Assembly (NCBI GenBank): GCA_951406725.2
Contig: OX597814.1
Span: forward strand, 43,462,001 to 43,526,000
Direction of reading: 5' to 3'
Source of the DNA: Octopus vulgaris
Taxonomy: Eukaryota
Length of the DNA: 64,000 nucleotides
Shown here: positions 38,286 through 51,849 of the stretch, in pieces
Position numbering within the stretch: the first letter of the stretch is position 1
Layout: each line of letters starts with the position of its first letter
Notes under the pieces: generated by a model
Database searches by the model: none
What the model saw: the letters and a program-made list of their open reading frames with translations, nothing else
What the model was told of the DNA's origin: nothing
Made by a program: the position numbers and the translations under genes

Positions 38286-38428
38286 AAGTATTGTATGGAG
38301 AGTACGTGTGTGTGTATGTGTATCTGTGCTTATGTGTGTGTGATTGAGTGTCTACGTATGCCTGTACCAATAGGAATATTTGAAATGCTGTGATTAGTAC
38401 TCTGAGACCTCCTTCTGTCTGTCTCTCT

Positions 38429-38474
<46 letters not shown>

Positions 38475-38802
38475 GCATTTGTGCATGCGTGTGGGTGCCC
38501 GCTCATGTGTGTATGTGTGTGTGCACATATTTCAATGTCAGCATTTAACTTACCGAGCATATGATAGGCTCATAATAATTAATGCAGGATTGTGAAATCT
38601 TAACATACTAAACTGAAATAAAGAAAAAGTGATAATTACAAGTGTCACGTTTCTATGTTAAGCCAGAAGGAAAACGCTATCATTCATTATGTTGGCTTAA
38701 TTCTGTCCTTGACAATATCATCATTAAGAACGCATTAATTAAACAAATATTTTGGCTCTCTCTCACTCACTTCTCTTGTGTATATGTGTGTGTGCACGTG
38801 CA

Positions 38803-38841
<39 letters not shown>

Positions 38842-39192
38842 TATATGTATGTGTGTGCACATGATTATGTATATGCGTGTACATGTATACACACACGTAC
38901 CATATGCTCTCTCTCTGTCTATCTCTGTCCCTATCTCTATCGCTCTCACACACACTTGCATATACACCTACACATACATATATGTAAGTATAATTATAAA
39001 TATCTATTTAACTGGATAATTACTCAGGTCTTCCCTAGATGCGTATACATTTCCCTTCATATTTTATCTCTTGGTCCTAGCCTGTTATTATTAAAATGTA
39101 TTATTTTGTTTTAAATAATCATTTAAATTCATACCTGTATGTGGTTGCCATTTTACTCGTAATTGTTGTAGTAGTCATTAATCTTTCTGTAA

Positions 39193-39291
39193 GCATTTGT
39201 ATATCTGAAGAGAGAAACGGTTAAAGAAATATAAACCTTGGTTTGACTTATCAATGACTTTCTCTTGATACTGCTGAAACATGTAAAATGC
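39193..39291 (+). ncRNA. Hammerhead motif with long stem II in a putative PLE tail
   Basis: gcattt..-CTGAAGA-gagaaa...tttctc...-GAAA-CATG-TA-aaatgc; palindromic CATG loop, GUA triplet; junctions imperfect. Confidence 0.55.
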
Positions 39292-40569
39292 GAAGACGTA
39301 CAACCTAAATGTGTATGATGCTTCCTTTTCGCTCAGTTTTTAGATTGACAAATAATACAGAAAGTGCTTAGGCTGGAATATCAAAACAAATTCATTAGCA
39401 AAAAAAAAAATATTTGAATGAGAACCTATCAAGTTACGTTCTAACGTTGGGTTGTTAAGCAACTAAAAAAAAGTAGTTGTGTTTTGTAGCAGCGAACATT
39501 ACTAATTTAGATTCTAAATTTTCCACTGAGTTTTTAAATTTTGTGACCGAAAGTGATATTAGAGATTCAGTGAATGGTCATATGTATGGTGCTTTTATAT
39601 TGAAATTGATATTAGTTGTGCAGAATGTTCAGATATTGTTTGAACTGCGTTTCTTCAATACACCAGGAAACTAGAAATCAAAACGGGTAGCATGTTCTAA
39701 TATTCAATATTATTAGTAATATTGAATGCATTTTCGAATAGGTATGCACTAATTATGAACTCAATACAAAGGAAGTCATATTTAACACTGCAAGAACTCA
39801 AACTATTCAGTAGAAAATTCAGCTCTTTTGATATATCATTTAAAATAGAATCAAACATAGGGATTGCATAAGAACAGACTGGTTAACGTGATACTGGACT
39901 CATTGGACTTATTCTCTCAAAATTCGGCTACAGTTAGAAGGCTTAAGCCTACACGATCGCAGCTTACATGGATATAGAATTCATTCCAACATAAAAACTC
40001 AGCTAGGTTCGTGTCATACTTCTAAGATATGCAGTAGACAATATAGCTACTATTAGGTAATAAACTGACGTCATTGGTTGCTCTCTGTCGTACGAATTAA
40101 GTTGATTTACAAACGTAGCTCAGCCACGATTTAAATGCGTATATGTAAGCAATCACAAACCATCGAAAACATGTATTGGATCCTCAGGACTTTCTGGTCT
40201 AGAGACACCCCTACCATTATCCTACATGTCTATACATTTTCTTGCCATCATCTTCAATACTGTTGCCTGCTGTAGTCCCCACACACGATACATGATGTTA
40301 TGAAAATTGAACCTTCCCCAGAGATCAATCACAAAAAAAAGAGATATCGAGTGGCGAAATCAACTCAACGCTGCCGTGAGCACTATATCATATGTATGAT
40401 GTACAAAATATTCACAGCATTTCTCCGAGCTAGATAAACCGTAAACGCCCTAGAAGAGTGCCACATAAAATAACACACGTGTAAATTATGTCACATTAAT
40501 AATGATTACATTATTAAAACACAGATCCTCGGTATATACATACATACTTAAACACGCACACACACACAC

Positions 40570-41250
40570 ACATGTGGCTCATTGATATTTAATAATTGAA
40601 CGGCATGCAATCTTTGTCAACAGTAAGTTTTTACATTTATATATAATTTCTGCGGCTCTTTTCTCTATCCCTCAATAATCCTCTATATATTTCTTTTTCT
40701 CCCCCTCATTCTTTGTTTCCTCCCTCTGTCTTTCTTTCCTTCTTCCTTCTCCTCACTCGCTTTATTTCTTTCCCACTTGTCTCCTTTCCCCTGTGCCTGT
40801 TGCTCACACTTGACTACAAGCCACTTTCTTGTTTCTCTCTCTTTTCTGGATGGAATGTCGAGTTAGCCGGACGAAATTTCTCTCGCGTCTCGTTACCTTT
40901 TTTCTCCTCTTTTTTTCTATTCTATTTATTTTATACCCTTTCAAAATTTTTGTCAGACGTTACCCCTTTACAATTTGTCATGTCTCAACGGCCTTAAACA
41001 TCCACTCTGGTGTCGTTTGTTCGTTTGAAGAATTTAACTCTCTCAAAATTTTATATTTTGAAAATTTCTGGATACTGTTGTCTTATGAAGTCCTCCTGTC
41101 TTATCGTTAAAAGCAAGAAACAGGTAGTAATAAACAGTCGACAACTAAAGAGGTGTTACACATCTTTGGTATTTTGTCCCGTACTTGTCTCTCGTTGTGC
41201 GTTTACGTATTTTCGCACATTGGTGATATCCTGTATTTAATGTGTATTTT
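40570..41250 (+). mobile_element. Putative PLE 3' UTR/pLTR remnant with decayed HHR-like motifs
   Basis: Pyrimidine-rich tract; CTGGATGGA..gtcgag/ccggac-GAAA near 40846-40882 and CTTATGA...GAAACAGGTA at 41082-41126; flanked by (CA)n. Confidence 0.4.
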
Positions 41251-41269
41251 TTCACACACACACACACAT

Positions 41270-42090
41270 TAAATGGTTGATGCGGAAGACGGAGTGTAAC
41301 TAGGAGTTTTATTCGCACAATTAAGCCTCAACGGTTGTTGTTCTAATAAAGCTTCTTGTTACGCTCTAGCAGTGCAGAATGAAGCTGAAACGATTGTTAT
41401 GATAATAAAGCTTCTTGTCCCGTTATAGCAAATACCATAGGTATCATTTGCAGATTCGGTAATCTGGTAAAATTGAACATTATAAGGTGGCTATCTGCAA
41501 TTTAAAATCCAAAATGCACAAGTACAAACGTCACTAAAGAAGAATTGCGAAATTTAAACACATCATAAGAGTGAAGTTGCCAAGGGATGTATACTCAGAA
41601 AATGTAAAAGCCATTGTGGTCGATAAAGAAACCTATAAGAGACTAGTATACATGTGCGGAAATAAGATTGATCCAACCGGAGTATTGGTGGAGTTCGATG
41701 AACTGCCACCAATAGTTGAAGTCAGAGACCTGGAGCCTTATATGAGGCCTTAAAAAGGGAAAAAAAGACGAGGAAGTAAAATTAGTTTGATAAAAGAAAA
41801 AATAAAAAGAAAGGAAAAGTGTTTCGAAGGAATGAGAGGTAAAAATATTATAATTAAAAAAATACAACAGACGATAATAGCACGATTGTAATATAGTGTG
41901 TACAAACGTTCAAATGGTACTGCATGAGGAGTGGGGCCCATGTAGCCATTTCACTTTCCATTTTTATATAATATTCATCCCCATTCGTTTTATGTTTATT
42001 GTGCCCACTGTGGTGTTGTGTCTGTCCTTGTTATGTCCACTCTTTGTTCAGGCTACATGCCTATAATAGGGATTTTAAGAGAGGAAATAA
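41270..42090 (+). mobile_element. Possible internally deleted L1/Tx1-like LINE derivative
   Basis: Short non-repetitive ORF (IRVKLPRDVYSENVKAIVVDKETYKRLVYMCGNK...) followed by an A-rich segment and a T-rich 3'-UTR-like tract; the family call is recognition only. Confidence 0.35.
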
Positions 42091-43401
42091 TCAACAGTAA
42101 TGTTAGAAATAAGAGTCAAAACAACTTTTAGCCAACTAAGCAACTTAGTAGGTGTCAATGATGAGGATTAACTGAATCAAAATTCATCGATGTTTTGACA
42201 ATCATCGCCTACTGTTGGTCGCCCTTGTCACTCAATAGATAATTGTTTGCCCGTGGCTAAGAGTTGTTATGAAACTTATTTCTAGCAATGCTGGTGTTGA
42301 TTTGGCCCCTTAATCACTTTATTGACCATTAGTGACGCTTGTATGCCTTTTGGTTTTAAAATATCGGATAGCCACTTTATTAATTTATATAGGACTTGTG
42401 TGTGTGCGTAAGTGTGTGTATGTTTAAGTGTGTTTGTGGAATGAGTGTGAATGTGCTCTAAGTTAGTATGCTCGTCTATGTGTGTCCGTATATCTGTGTG
42501 TTTGTATTGTTGCCGACTATTCTAGCAGGTAGGCCATCGCTTAATGGAGCAGTAAAGACGCCCGGTGGATAGAAAATATATAATTATTATCAGTCCTACA
42601 GCTGAGGTGACTGAACTTAGGAAAAGTTTGCGGCATTGATATAATAACCTGTTCGTCATACTATTTCAAATTAATGAATAAATGTACACGACCAGCTATC
42701 AAAGTAAATGTATTTCACGTTTTATAGAAAGTTGTAAATATATGTGCGAAGTCCTAAAGCTAAATTTGTAAGTGCTATAGGGAGCAAGGAAAACTCGCAC
42801 GCATATGTAAAATGTGAACTTTTACTTAACTTCCTTGTCGCAGGTAATGGAATAATATATATGAAATCTGTTGAAAACTACAGACGTCCTCTAAAAGAAT
42901 GATTGTTGATCTATCTCTCTATCTATATCTATATATATTTATTTATACATATATATATGTGTGTGTATGTTTGTATTATCTAAGTATATACGATTGCATA
43001 TATGCATGTGTACGAGAATATTTATTTATATTCAAGAATGTTTATGCGTTTATATCTGTGTGAATTGATTTGAAATTCAAGAATATATAATAAATATATC
43101 TGGTAACGCGCAGCGAACTTTCGCTTTGCTGTAACAACGTTGGACTTCTATAAATATTAATAATGTCGTTTACCTCACTGCCTAAATAAGAACCTATGTG
43201 TGGATAGGTTTAAGTTTATGTGTATCTTGGTTTATATATATATACATATATGCTTATGCAAAAGCCTGCATATATGCGTGTGTGTGTGTGTGTATGCGTG
43301 TATATATGTACGCATACATGTTTTAAATGTGTATTCGTGTCTTTATAGAGTAAGTATTTGTTGTTCAGGAAAGCGAATATTTAATATTCACCACTAAGGG
43401 A

Positions 43402-43407
<6 letters not shown>

Positions 43408-43443
<36 letters not shown>

Positions 43444-43445
43444 AC

Positions 43446-43521
<76 letters not shown>

Positions 43522-43530
43522 GGATGGATA
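43408..43530. repeat. (TA)n-(GATA)n microsatellite
   Basis: Directly visible. Confidence 0.95.
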
Positions 43531-44717
43531 TAGGGCGAATTCACAAGAAAAAAGACGAACACAGGTGGTGTAGACAAGAAGCAGATATATTAGTTTAACG
43601 GCCGGAAAGTGGAAAGTTCTTTAATGTTTCGAGTCTACGCTCTTCCACAGAAAGAAACAAGGGGAGAAAAAATGTGTAATGACTAGCGATCTATCATGGT
43701 GAATGCCGGTCAAAGGGGTCACACAGGAGCGTTAAGAAGAAGAAGAGATAATAAAGTAGTGGTGATCCCAAACCGAAGGTGCGCGTGCGTGTGTGTATGA
43801 GAGTGTGTATATGTGTAGAATAGGGCTGGTTACTTTGACGAGTGCGTGTGTGGATGTGTAGGTGTTTGGATGTGGGGTTGAGAAGTGATCCGTGCTAGTG
43901 TGTGTGTGTGGTGTGATGTGATGTGGTGTTATGTTGTATGGTGGTGTATGGTGTAGAGGTGTGTGGTGTGGTGTGATGATTTTGGGAGGTGGATGAGGTG
44001 AAAGTGGGGAAAGCAAGGGTGCGGTGTGAGTTAAGCTGAGGGTGGGGATAGAGGTGGTGTGTGAGGAAGTGGGTGTAAGTGATGGTGTGGGATTGTATAG
44101 GATGGATAGGGAAAGTGGGGATGGATTGTGTAGGGGTGGGGTGTAGTTACGAGGGAGGGTTACGATGAAGTGGGGGAAAAGAAGGTGGGTAGGTTTGAAG
44201 AGAAGAGAGAAGGAAAGTAGGTTTGAGGGAGAGAGTGGAGAGAGGAGGAAGTTAGATGAAGAGGGGAGGAAGGTTGAGCCCATGTGGAGCAAAGGAGAAA
44301 ATTAATCCCTGTTCACGGCAGAAACGGATGACCCTGTACAACACAGGTGTTGCAAAGAGTGACCGGTAGAGCAGAAATGGGGCGAGACCTGGGGTCATTG
44401 CAGAGTAGGATGTCTCGGAGGTTTTCCGCGAACTGGTTAGTTTGCCAGACATATATATATATGTTATGTGGTATGATGTTGTATGGTATAGAGGTGGATG
44501 GTGTGGTGTGATGATGTGGGGGGCTGGGCGTTTTGGAGGTGAAATTGGGGAAAACAAGGGTGGAGGTAGAGGTGGTGTATGTGGAAGTGGGTGTAAGTGA
44601 TGGGATGGGATGGATAGGGAAGGTGGTGTTGGATTGTGTAGGGGCGGGGTGTGGTTACGAGGCAGGGTGACGATGAAGTGGGGGGAAGAAGGAGTGAAGA
44701 GAAGAGAGAAAGAGGGT

Positions 44718-44720
<3 letters not shown>
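43530..44720 (-). mobile_element. 5'-truncated PLE: GIY-YIG C-terminal fragment, low-complexity 3' UTR, decayed HHR, partial direct repeat
   Basis: 44252-44450 gives FAENLRDI...HFCSTGHSLQHL...REQGLIFS.APHGLN (cf. RFxEH..V..HF...H..RE...I...P.GLN); CTGTGGA-agagcgtagactc-GAAACATT at 43621-43650; 44465-44720 repeats 43925-44221. Confidence 0.8.
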
Positions 44721-44774
<54 letters not shown>

Positions 44775-44936
44775 TGTGTGTGTGTGTATCTGTGTTTTTG
44801 TGTGTGCACGCAGTAATATCCGATATTTGGTATGATAAAACAACAATGATTAAGACCTGAACATATTATTATTCGATACTGAGCATGAGTAAAGAGGCTA
44901 AGCACAGAGAGGACAAACAAGGACAGACAAACATAA

Positions 44937-45104
44937 TAAGTCGATTATAGCGACCCCAGTGCGTAACTGGTACTTGTTTAATCGACCCCGAAAGAATGAA
45001 AGGTAAAATCGACCTCGGTGGAATTTGAACTCAGAACGTAGTGGCAGACGAAATACCGCTAAGGATTTCGCCCAGCATGCTAACGCTTCTGCCAGTTCGC
45101 CGCT
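44937..45104 (-). mobile_element. SINE family B (well preserved)
   Basis: aagtcgattatagcgaccccagtgcgtaactggtactt..atcgaccccgaaag..gaatttgaactcagaacg..ctgccagttcgccgc; B box gagttcaaattcc. Confidence 0.9.
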
Positions 45105-45139
45105 TTTCTAATTTTTATTTATTTCTATCTACTCTACTC

Positions 45140-45319
45140 ACAAGGTCAGACATTTTGGTGTAAGGAGACAGTCGTAACTGGTACATAATTGATCGACTCC
45201 GATAGAATGAAAGGGAAAGTCGACCTCGGCGGAATTTAAACTCAGAAGGTAAACACAGACGAAATGCCGCTAAGCATTATCGCCCAACCTGCTAACGTTT
45301 CAGCCAGCTCGTCGCCTTT
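45140..45319 (-). mobile_element. SINE family B (second tandem copy)
   Basis: Same motif order as the adjacent copy. Confidence 0.88.
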
Positions 45320-45708
45320 CAGGTATTATATTACAAGAAACAATGATACTGCTTATATTGTTTCATAATATAAGAAAAAAAAAACGTGATAGTCTAAAAA
45401 CGATATTTCCTTTTCGATTTAGGGATATGTATTGAGAAATTCGAAATTGAAATATGAAAAATTAACTTATATATTAATTTAAAACGTCGTGTAGGGAATA
45501 CAATCTGACCAGCATTTAGAAATAAATGGGAAGAGATATTAAATTTAGAGAATCATCATGGGACTTATTTCAAGAATATAAATTTACAACACCGAAGAAT
45601 ATATTTTCCACATAAAAACAGGGATTTAAAAGACTGTTCAACAGGCAGCAATTTTAAAGCAGTATTTATGTGAAGCTATAATATTTAACGATATTTTTAC
45701 AATTTATA

Positions 45709-45727
45709 TTTATATATATATATATCT

Positions 45728-45790
<63 letters not shown>

Positions 45791-45805
45791 CGTGCGTGTG
45801 TGTGT
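45709..45805. repeat. (TA)n-(TG)n microsatellite
   Basis: Directly visible. Confidence 0.95.
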
Positions 45806-46680
45806 AGAAGGTTGTACATATGTGTAGAATTTTAAAAAGTAACACACGAGTTGATCTGTATTAGGTAAATAAGACAAGGTAGAAAATGCTAAAATTATTT
45901 TATCGTGGAAATACATTTTATAGAGATTATTACCGTTTACTGGCTGTTCGACTCTTTCAACTAAAAGTAAAAGAAAAACAAATTGAAGAAAACGTGAAAT
46001 GTTTTGTAAATATTTCCATAGTCTTCAAATAGGTAGGATACAAAACTACATCGATTGACCAAAGTGGAAATAAGTTGGAACAAAATTGAAGAAATTGGAA
46101 CGTGGCAACCAAACAGAAAAGATCCATATATCTTTTAGTAAGTAGTGGTAGTACATAGGTTCCGTGAAACTGGAGAGAAGGAGTACGTTAATCAGATACC
46201 ACAAATCTGGTACGAGTGACTTTCGAGCGGCGTATAATATCCGACCGGGCGATGTATTAATTCTGTCACCTTTATAGGCCATATGACCCAGTAAGGCAAT
46301 AAACCAGAACAAATAAGACAACGCATCTGATTTGATCATCAAATTGTTACGTCAATCCATCACCAGTGGTAATATTATTTTATGAAAATTGAATGCAGGA
46401 AATGCGAATTTGACGAAATCGAAATTTGAATACGAATTGTAGAGAAGCGCAAGAAATACCACACAATATTCACTCCAGTACACTGGCAATTCTATCAGGT
46501 TGGACCATCTTTTATCAGACTGGAATTATTTGAAAGATAGTTTTTATTAGCTACCTCGTTGCCATCAATAAAAAGAAAATCTTAAATGATTTGTAAATTT
46601 ACGACTTTTATTAAGCAAAACGAGAATACTAAAATAAACCAAGTGTATTAAAAAGCACCTAAAACAATTATTATTGTTAC

Positions 46681-46808
46681 CATCATGATGATGATCATCA
46701 TCAGCAGCAGCAGCAGCCTCATCATCAATATAATCATCATCATCATTATCTTCGGTATGATGATGATGATGATCATCATCATCACCACCACCACCATCAT
46801 CATCATCT
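46681..46808. repeat. Mixed (CAT)n/(GAT)n/(CAG)n/(CAC)n triplet repeat
   Basis: Directly visible. Confidence 0.9.
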
Positions 46809-49414
46809 TAAAAAAATTAATGACATTTTATTGGAAATCGGAATATGATAAAATGCAGTGTAATATAAAATGAAGTAGATTAGTATTTTATGATAAATAT
46901 TTTGTTATAAAACCTGAATGAAGTACGTTTACTCTATAAAGATAACAGTGTAAAAACATAATATACAAGAAGGGTTGCAGAAAATAATTCAAATTATTAT
47001 CTAATAATATATTTTGAGGACTGCCTATAAAATTTAGTATACCAATTCGAAGTGGATGATGAATATTCGAAAGTTTAGTTAACGAAGAAAAAAGAAACAA
47101 ATACAGAGTCTCTAAGTTAAAATGTTGCAGTAGCTGTCGCAAGATCCTTTTTATTAATATGGACAGAGAGAGAGAGAGAGTCTGTGTTTCGCCACAGATT
47201 CCGGAACACCACAGCCTTATAAGGCTAGTAATTAGTAATAATTTTGAATAATTTTGATAAATGATTTCCTATGATTTCATTAGAATTTTAAAGGAGGACT
47301 ATTCGTAATGATATTTGAGTCTCATGCCATTTCTATCCATCATCAAATAAACATCTCTGATCCTTATCATTGTCAATGAATCGACCACTTGTTAAAACAA
47401 TCGCAAAACTTTTGAAAATAGAAACCTAATTCACATGAAGGATGAAATACGTGTTATCCCATTCCGATGCATACGTTACGTCACCTCCTGCAAAATATAA
47501 TTCAAGAGTTTGTTCTCATATTTTATAAAAAAACTAAAAACGAGATAAAGTTTCAATTTTGGACCAATAAAATAACTACAACAATTTTACGATAAAGATC
47601 TAATATTTATATATCGCACCGATACTAATTCTCTATGTTGCTCTTTGGTTATATTATTCAGGATGTCGGATGATTAGAGAACATGAACGGTTCAGGGGAT
47701 TTTGACCGAGATATTTTTCGTTTATGATGTGCCAATGTGTATAAATATTTAGGGTGAAAGGTTGTTTCATGCATATTGTATAAAAGCACACATATCTTTC
47801 AGCTTATTTTACACTTCATCAATCTGCGTAAGTTTATATACATAAATACACAAGGAAGCACCCAAACACGTGTATTTCATGTATTTCTCTCTTGCAATGA
47901 ACTAAAACGTTTAGGTATGCATATAAAGAGGAACGAAGAAGAAAGAGTAAGTAAATATAAAAATAGTTTTAACGTAATGTTAAATATATTAAAGAGGTGT
48001 AAAAATTTACGCGACCTCGTAAGTAGGTTAAAATAGAATTTATGACACCAGTAGTCGCGAACACGAAACAAGCACTCTAACCAATTTAACACACGTTTAA
48101 TTCTTTAAGGAAGTTTTGAGCAAATTTGTGGGTCTGTCACTTTCACTCCCTCACTCTTGTTATATATATATATATACATGTAAACATATATAGATGCATG
48201 CATACATGCAACAAAAATTCATATGAAACAATGAAATATATGAAGCTTACATATAAAAATATTCTACACTCTGACAGAACGAAATGTAAACAGAATGAAA
48301 AAATTGTGCAGATGCAGACATTCAGAAACGGATATAGAAGAGACACACACATTTAAATTTATATTCGTTCGTTCCTAAAAAGTTCAAATACATACTTTCG
48401 AGCACAGATGCAAATACACCCGCATATACTTGCGCACATCTAAAAATCTTCCTGTATTTTTTTTTCACTGAACATTCAGTATTCATTTGAAAGAACACGA
48501 ATCAAGTTCAATAGTTTTGTGTTCATTGAAGCATAATTTTCTCCTTCGCTGATCATCTACATATACCTTTAGTAGAAATCTTTTTTTTTTCCTTTTTTTT
48601 TTCTTTTCGGAGGGGCATAGTTCGTTTTTCTTTCATATACAAGATATTATTTTGTTGTTCCTGGTGCTGCTGTTTCTGCGATTGTTGTTATTGATATTCG
48701 TGGAATTTTTCTTACTTTCGCTATTGCTGCTTCTAGTGATATATAAAAGAAAATTTATGTAAGAAACCAGTTAAGTTTTCTTAAGTTTATTTCTAATATT
48801 TCTTCATTTTATACTATCATTTAAATTTTTAGATTCTTTATATCTGAGTTTATTTCCATACAGATGTTGTTGTATTTGACGTCGATATTGTGACTGTTAC
48901 AGCTTTGGTTGCTTACCAGTGAAGGGTAATTCATTTATTCATTATATACTCTGGCAAATATTACTGCATGGATAAAATTTTCGTGCCTATCAAATTACAC
49001 GTTTAAAGTTTGATGCATTTAACAAAGGAAAAATCTCAGCTTTACACTTCCTATTCATTCGTCGTATAAATTTGTTCAAGAGAGTATGTTGCATTACAAA
49101 TGAATTGTATTAAAACCAGTGTACTTTATCAAGTATTCTAGTCAAAGGAATTTGTTCTACATCTCGCTCTAATCCGACAACCTATATAAACGTGGAGTTA
49201 ATATTTAAATCGCAGGAAATGAAACAACATTGTCCCTGTGAATAAGACCTACTCGATAAAATTGTCTCTCATACATATATATATATGTATGTATGAGTGA
49301 ATGTATATATGTATGCATAAACGCATACGCGCCCGCATATATATATTGTTGAGTTTCCTTTCAGTACTTAGTTCTTTCAAATTACTTTTATTTTCATTTA
49401 CAAATAGCATGGAG

Positions 49415-49464
<50 letters not shown>

Positions 49465-50974
49465 TGCAGATGCACACTTCAACAAACATACAAAACAGAT
49501 ACGCAGACATATACATACATGCGTACATATATATACATATACAAGAATAGGTACATACCATACATACATGCATACATACATATATATATAAATACAATAT
49601 TGTTTGTGAGCAATGAAACATTGGGATTCTGTAAGCCTCGATAAATAACTGGTTTTAAAATATAACTTCATGCTCAAATATCAATGATTTGTAGTATTTA
49701 TTTTCATTGGTGTACAGAATTTCCAATGGCAATATTGTGTTGATATATGTTTAGAAGCATAAGTCAATAAAGAATAATAATATTGATGGATTCTAGATTA
49801 CTGATTTCCCGTGGGTTGCTTCAAAATAATGTGAGTAATAGACTTATGAAGTATGACTAAGTTAAGAAAGTATTACGTATGAAATGTTATATATTGATGC
49901 TCGGATCAGCACCTAAGAGGAGAAGGACAACAGCTATAACAGATTATTTCCCACTCGTCCAATAGTAAACATCCGCTATATTAACCGACCTTATATAAAA
50001 GATATACATTCATTAAGTATACTTGCTCGACAATTAAATACATGTATGTATGCATGAATATGTATGTAAGTATGCAAATGTATATATTATTGTATGTATG
50101 TATGTATGTATGTATGTATGTATGTATGTATGTATGTATGTATGTATGCATGTATGTATGTATGTATGTGTGTGTGTATTTATGTATGTATATTATATAC
50201 TGTAAGATTGGTTAGTATGAATTTTTGATTTTTCTGGTAATCTCAAACACCTGTTAAAATAACGAAAGTATGTAACGTATCATTCAGTTATGCATTTTCA
50301 CGGTCAGACGTTCAAAGACATCCGCAATTCTTAAAATAGGAATATATGGAAATAGTTTAATGATAGTCAGGCCGATTACAGGGGAGATTTTCAGCTGAAA
50401 ATATGGTGGTGAAAGTTTTACTAGTAGCTAGTGTTGTTGCTGTTGTTAAGCAATGAGTTATGCGCTTGTGAAATTATACGAGGATTTGGAGATTTTCACC
50501 ATCGTGCACGTGGCCGGGACATTTGTTGTTTTCAGATTGGAGAAAATATTGAATGCTTGTAGTGGCATGCTTTATCCGTAGCCTCAAATGACATCAAAAC
50601 GGCCAGTAGAATACCAGGCCACGGTGTACCATCACACCGAAAGTGTTATGAGTGACATGGTTACGGATAACTTATCCTGGCGTGAATGTGGTTCTGTGCA
50701 CGCACAGTCTTTCATTATTGATTTTCTCAGAACGGTTTCGAGGAACGGTGTTTCTTTCATAGTATAATCGCATATGATTGCTGATTTTATATTCTTGATA
50801 TATGCGGTGTTGTTTCATATCGCACACTTATATTTATATACATGCATGTATACCTACCTACCTAACTACCTACCGACCTATCTACCTATCTAACAACCTA
50901 CCAAAGCTACCTAACTATCTTCCTAACTACCTACCTACCGACCAACATATGCATATATATATATGATAGGATGG

Positions 50975-51070
50975 ACAAGTAAAAGACTTTCTCATCTTCC
51001 CGAGCGTTAAATTAATACACCAGTTTGTTGTTTACACACCTGTCTTCGTCTTCTGTTTTCGGTAAATTTC
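50975..51070 (+). mobile_element. PLE pLTR 3'-tail fragment
   Basis: Reverse-complement match to 2929-3025 and 43530-43625. Confidence 0.7.
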
Positions 51071-51265
51071 AACAACTCGCACACACACATACACACACAT
51101 ACACAAACACATATTATTTAAAACAGTTTGAACTGTCTTTCGCTTTCGTTTGTCGACTTACTCGTGCACACATATATATATAGAAATTGAGAGGAGAGAG
51201 AGTGAGGTAGGGAGTGAGAGAGAAACAGTGACAAAAAGATGACAGACGTGCACTTGAAATACATG

Positions 51266-51304
<39 letters not shown>

Positions 51305-51307
<3 letters not shown>

Positions 51308-51455
51308 GCTTAGTGATTCGGCAAAAAGAGACCGATAGAATAAGTACTAAGCGTCCAAATATTAAGTCCTGGGGTCGATTTGCTCGACTAAAGGCGGTGC
51401 CCCAGCACGGCCGCAGACAAATGTCTGAAACAAGTAAAATAATAAAAGAGTAGAA
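51305..51455 (+). mobile_element. SINE family A 3' half
   Basis: cttagtgattcggcaaaaagagaccgatagaataagtact..gtcctggggtcgatttgctcgactaaaggcggtgcccagcacggccgcag matches 37530-37665. Confidence 0.88.
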
Positions 51456-51463
51456 GATTATAC

Positions 51464-51514
<51 letters not shown>

Positions 51515-51537
51515 TGTATGTATGTATATATATATAT

Positions 51538-51618
<81 letters not shown>

Positions 51619-51687
51619 CACACACACACAAATAAATATTTGTTTGAGTATGCGGACGCGCGTGTGTGTGTATATCTCAGGCAATGC

Positions 51688-51822
51688 TCCACAGGCAGAA
51701 TTGGAATATAAAAGGGGGGAAAATAGATTCATCTAGTCCAATATTTACACTCAGAACGTGAAGCGCTTTAAGAAATGCCATAAAACATTTGTTCTTCGCG
51801 TTTATGATTCTGCTAGATCACT
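51688..51822 (-). mobile_element. Degenerate SINE family B copy
   Basis: cacaggcag, actcagaacgtgaag, gaaatgcc.taa.acattt, gattctgctag.tcac. Confidence 0.5.
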
Positions 51823-51849
51823 GTGTTGACAAACAGCAGCTAATTTACT

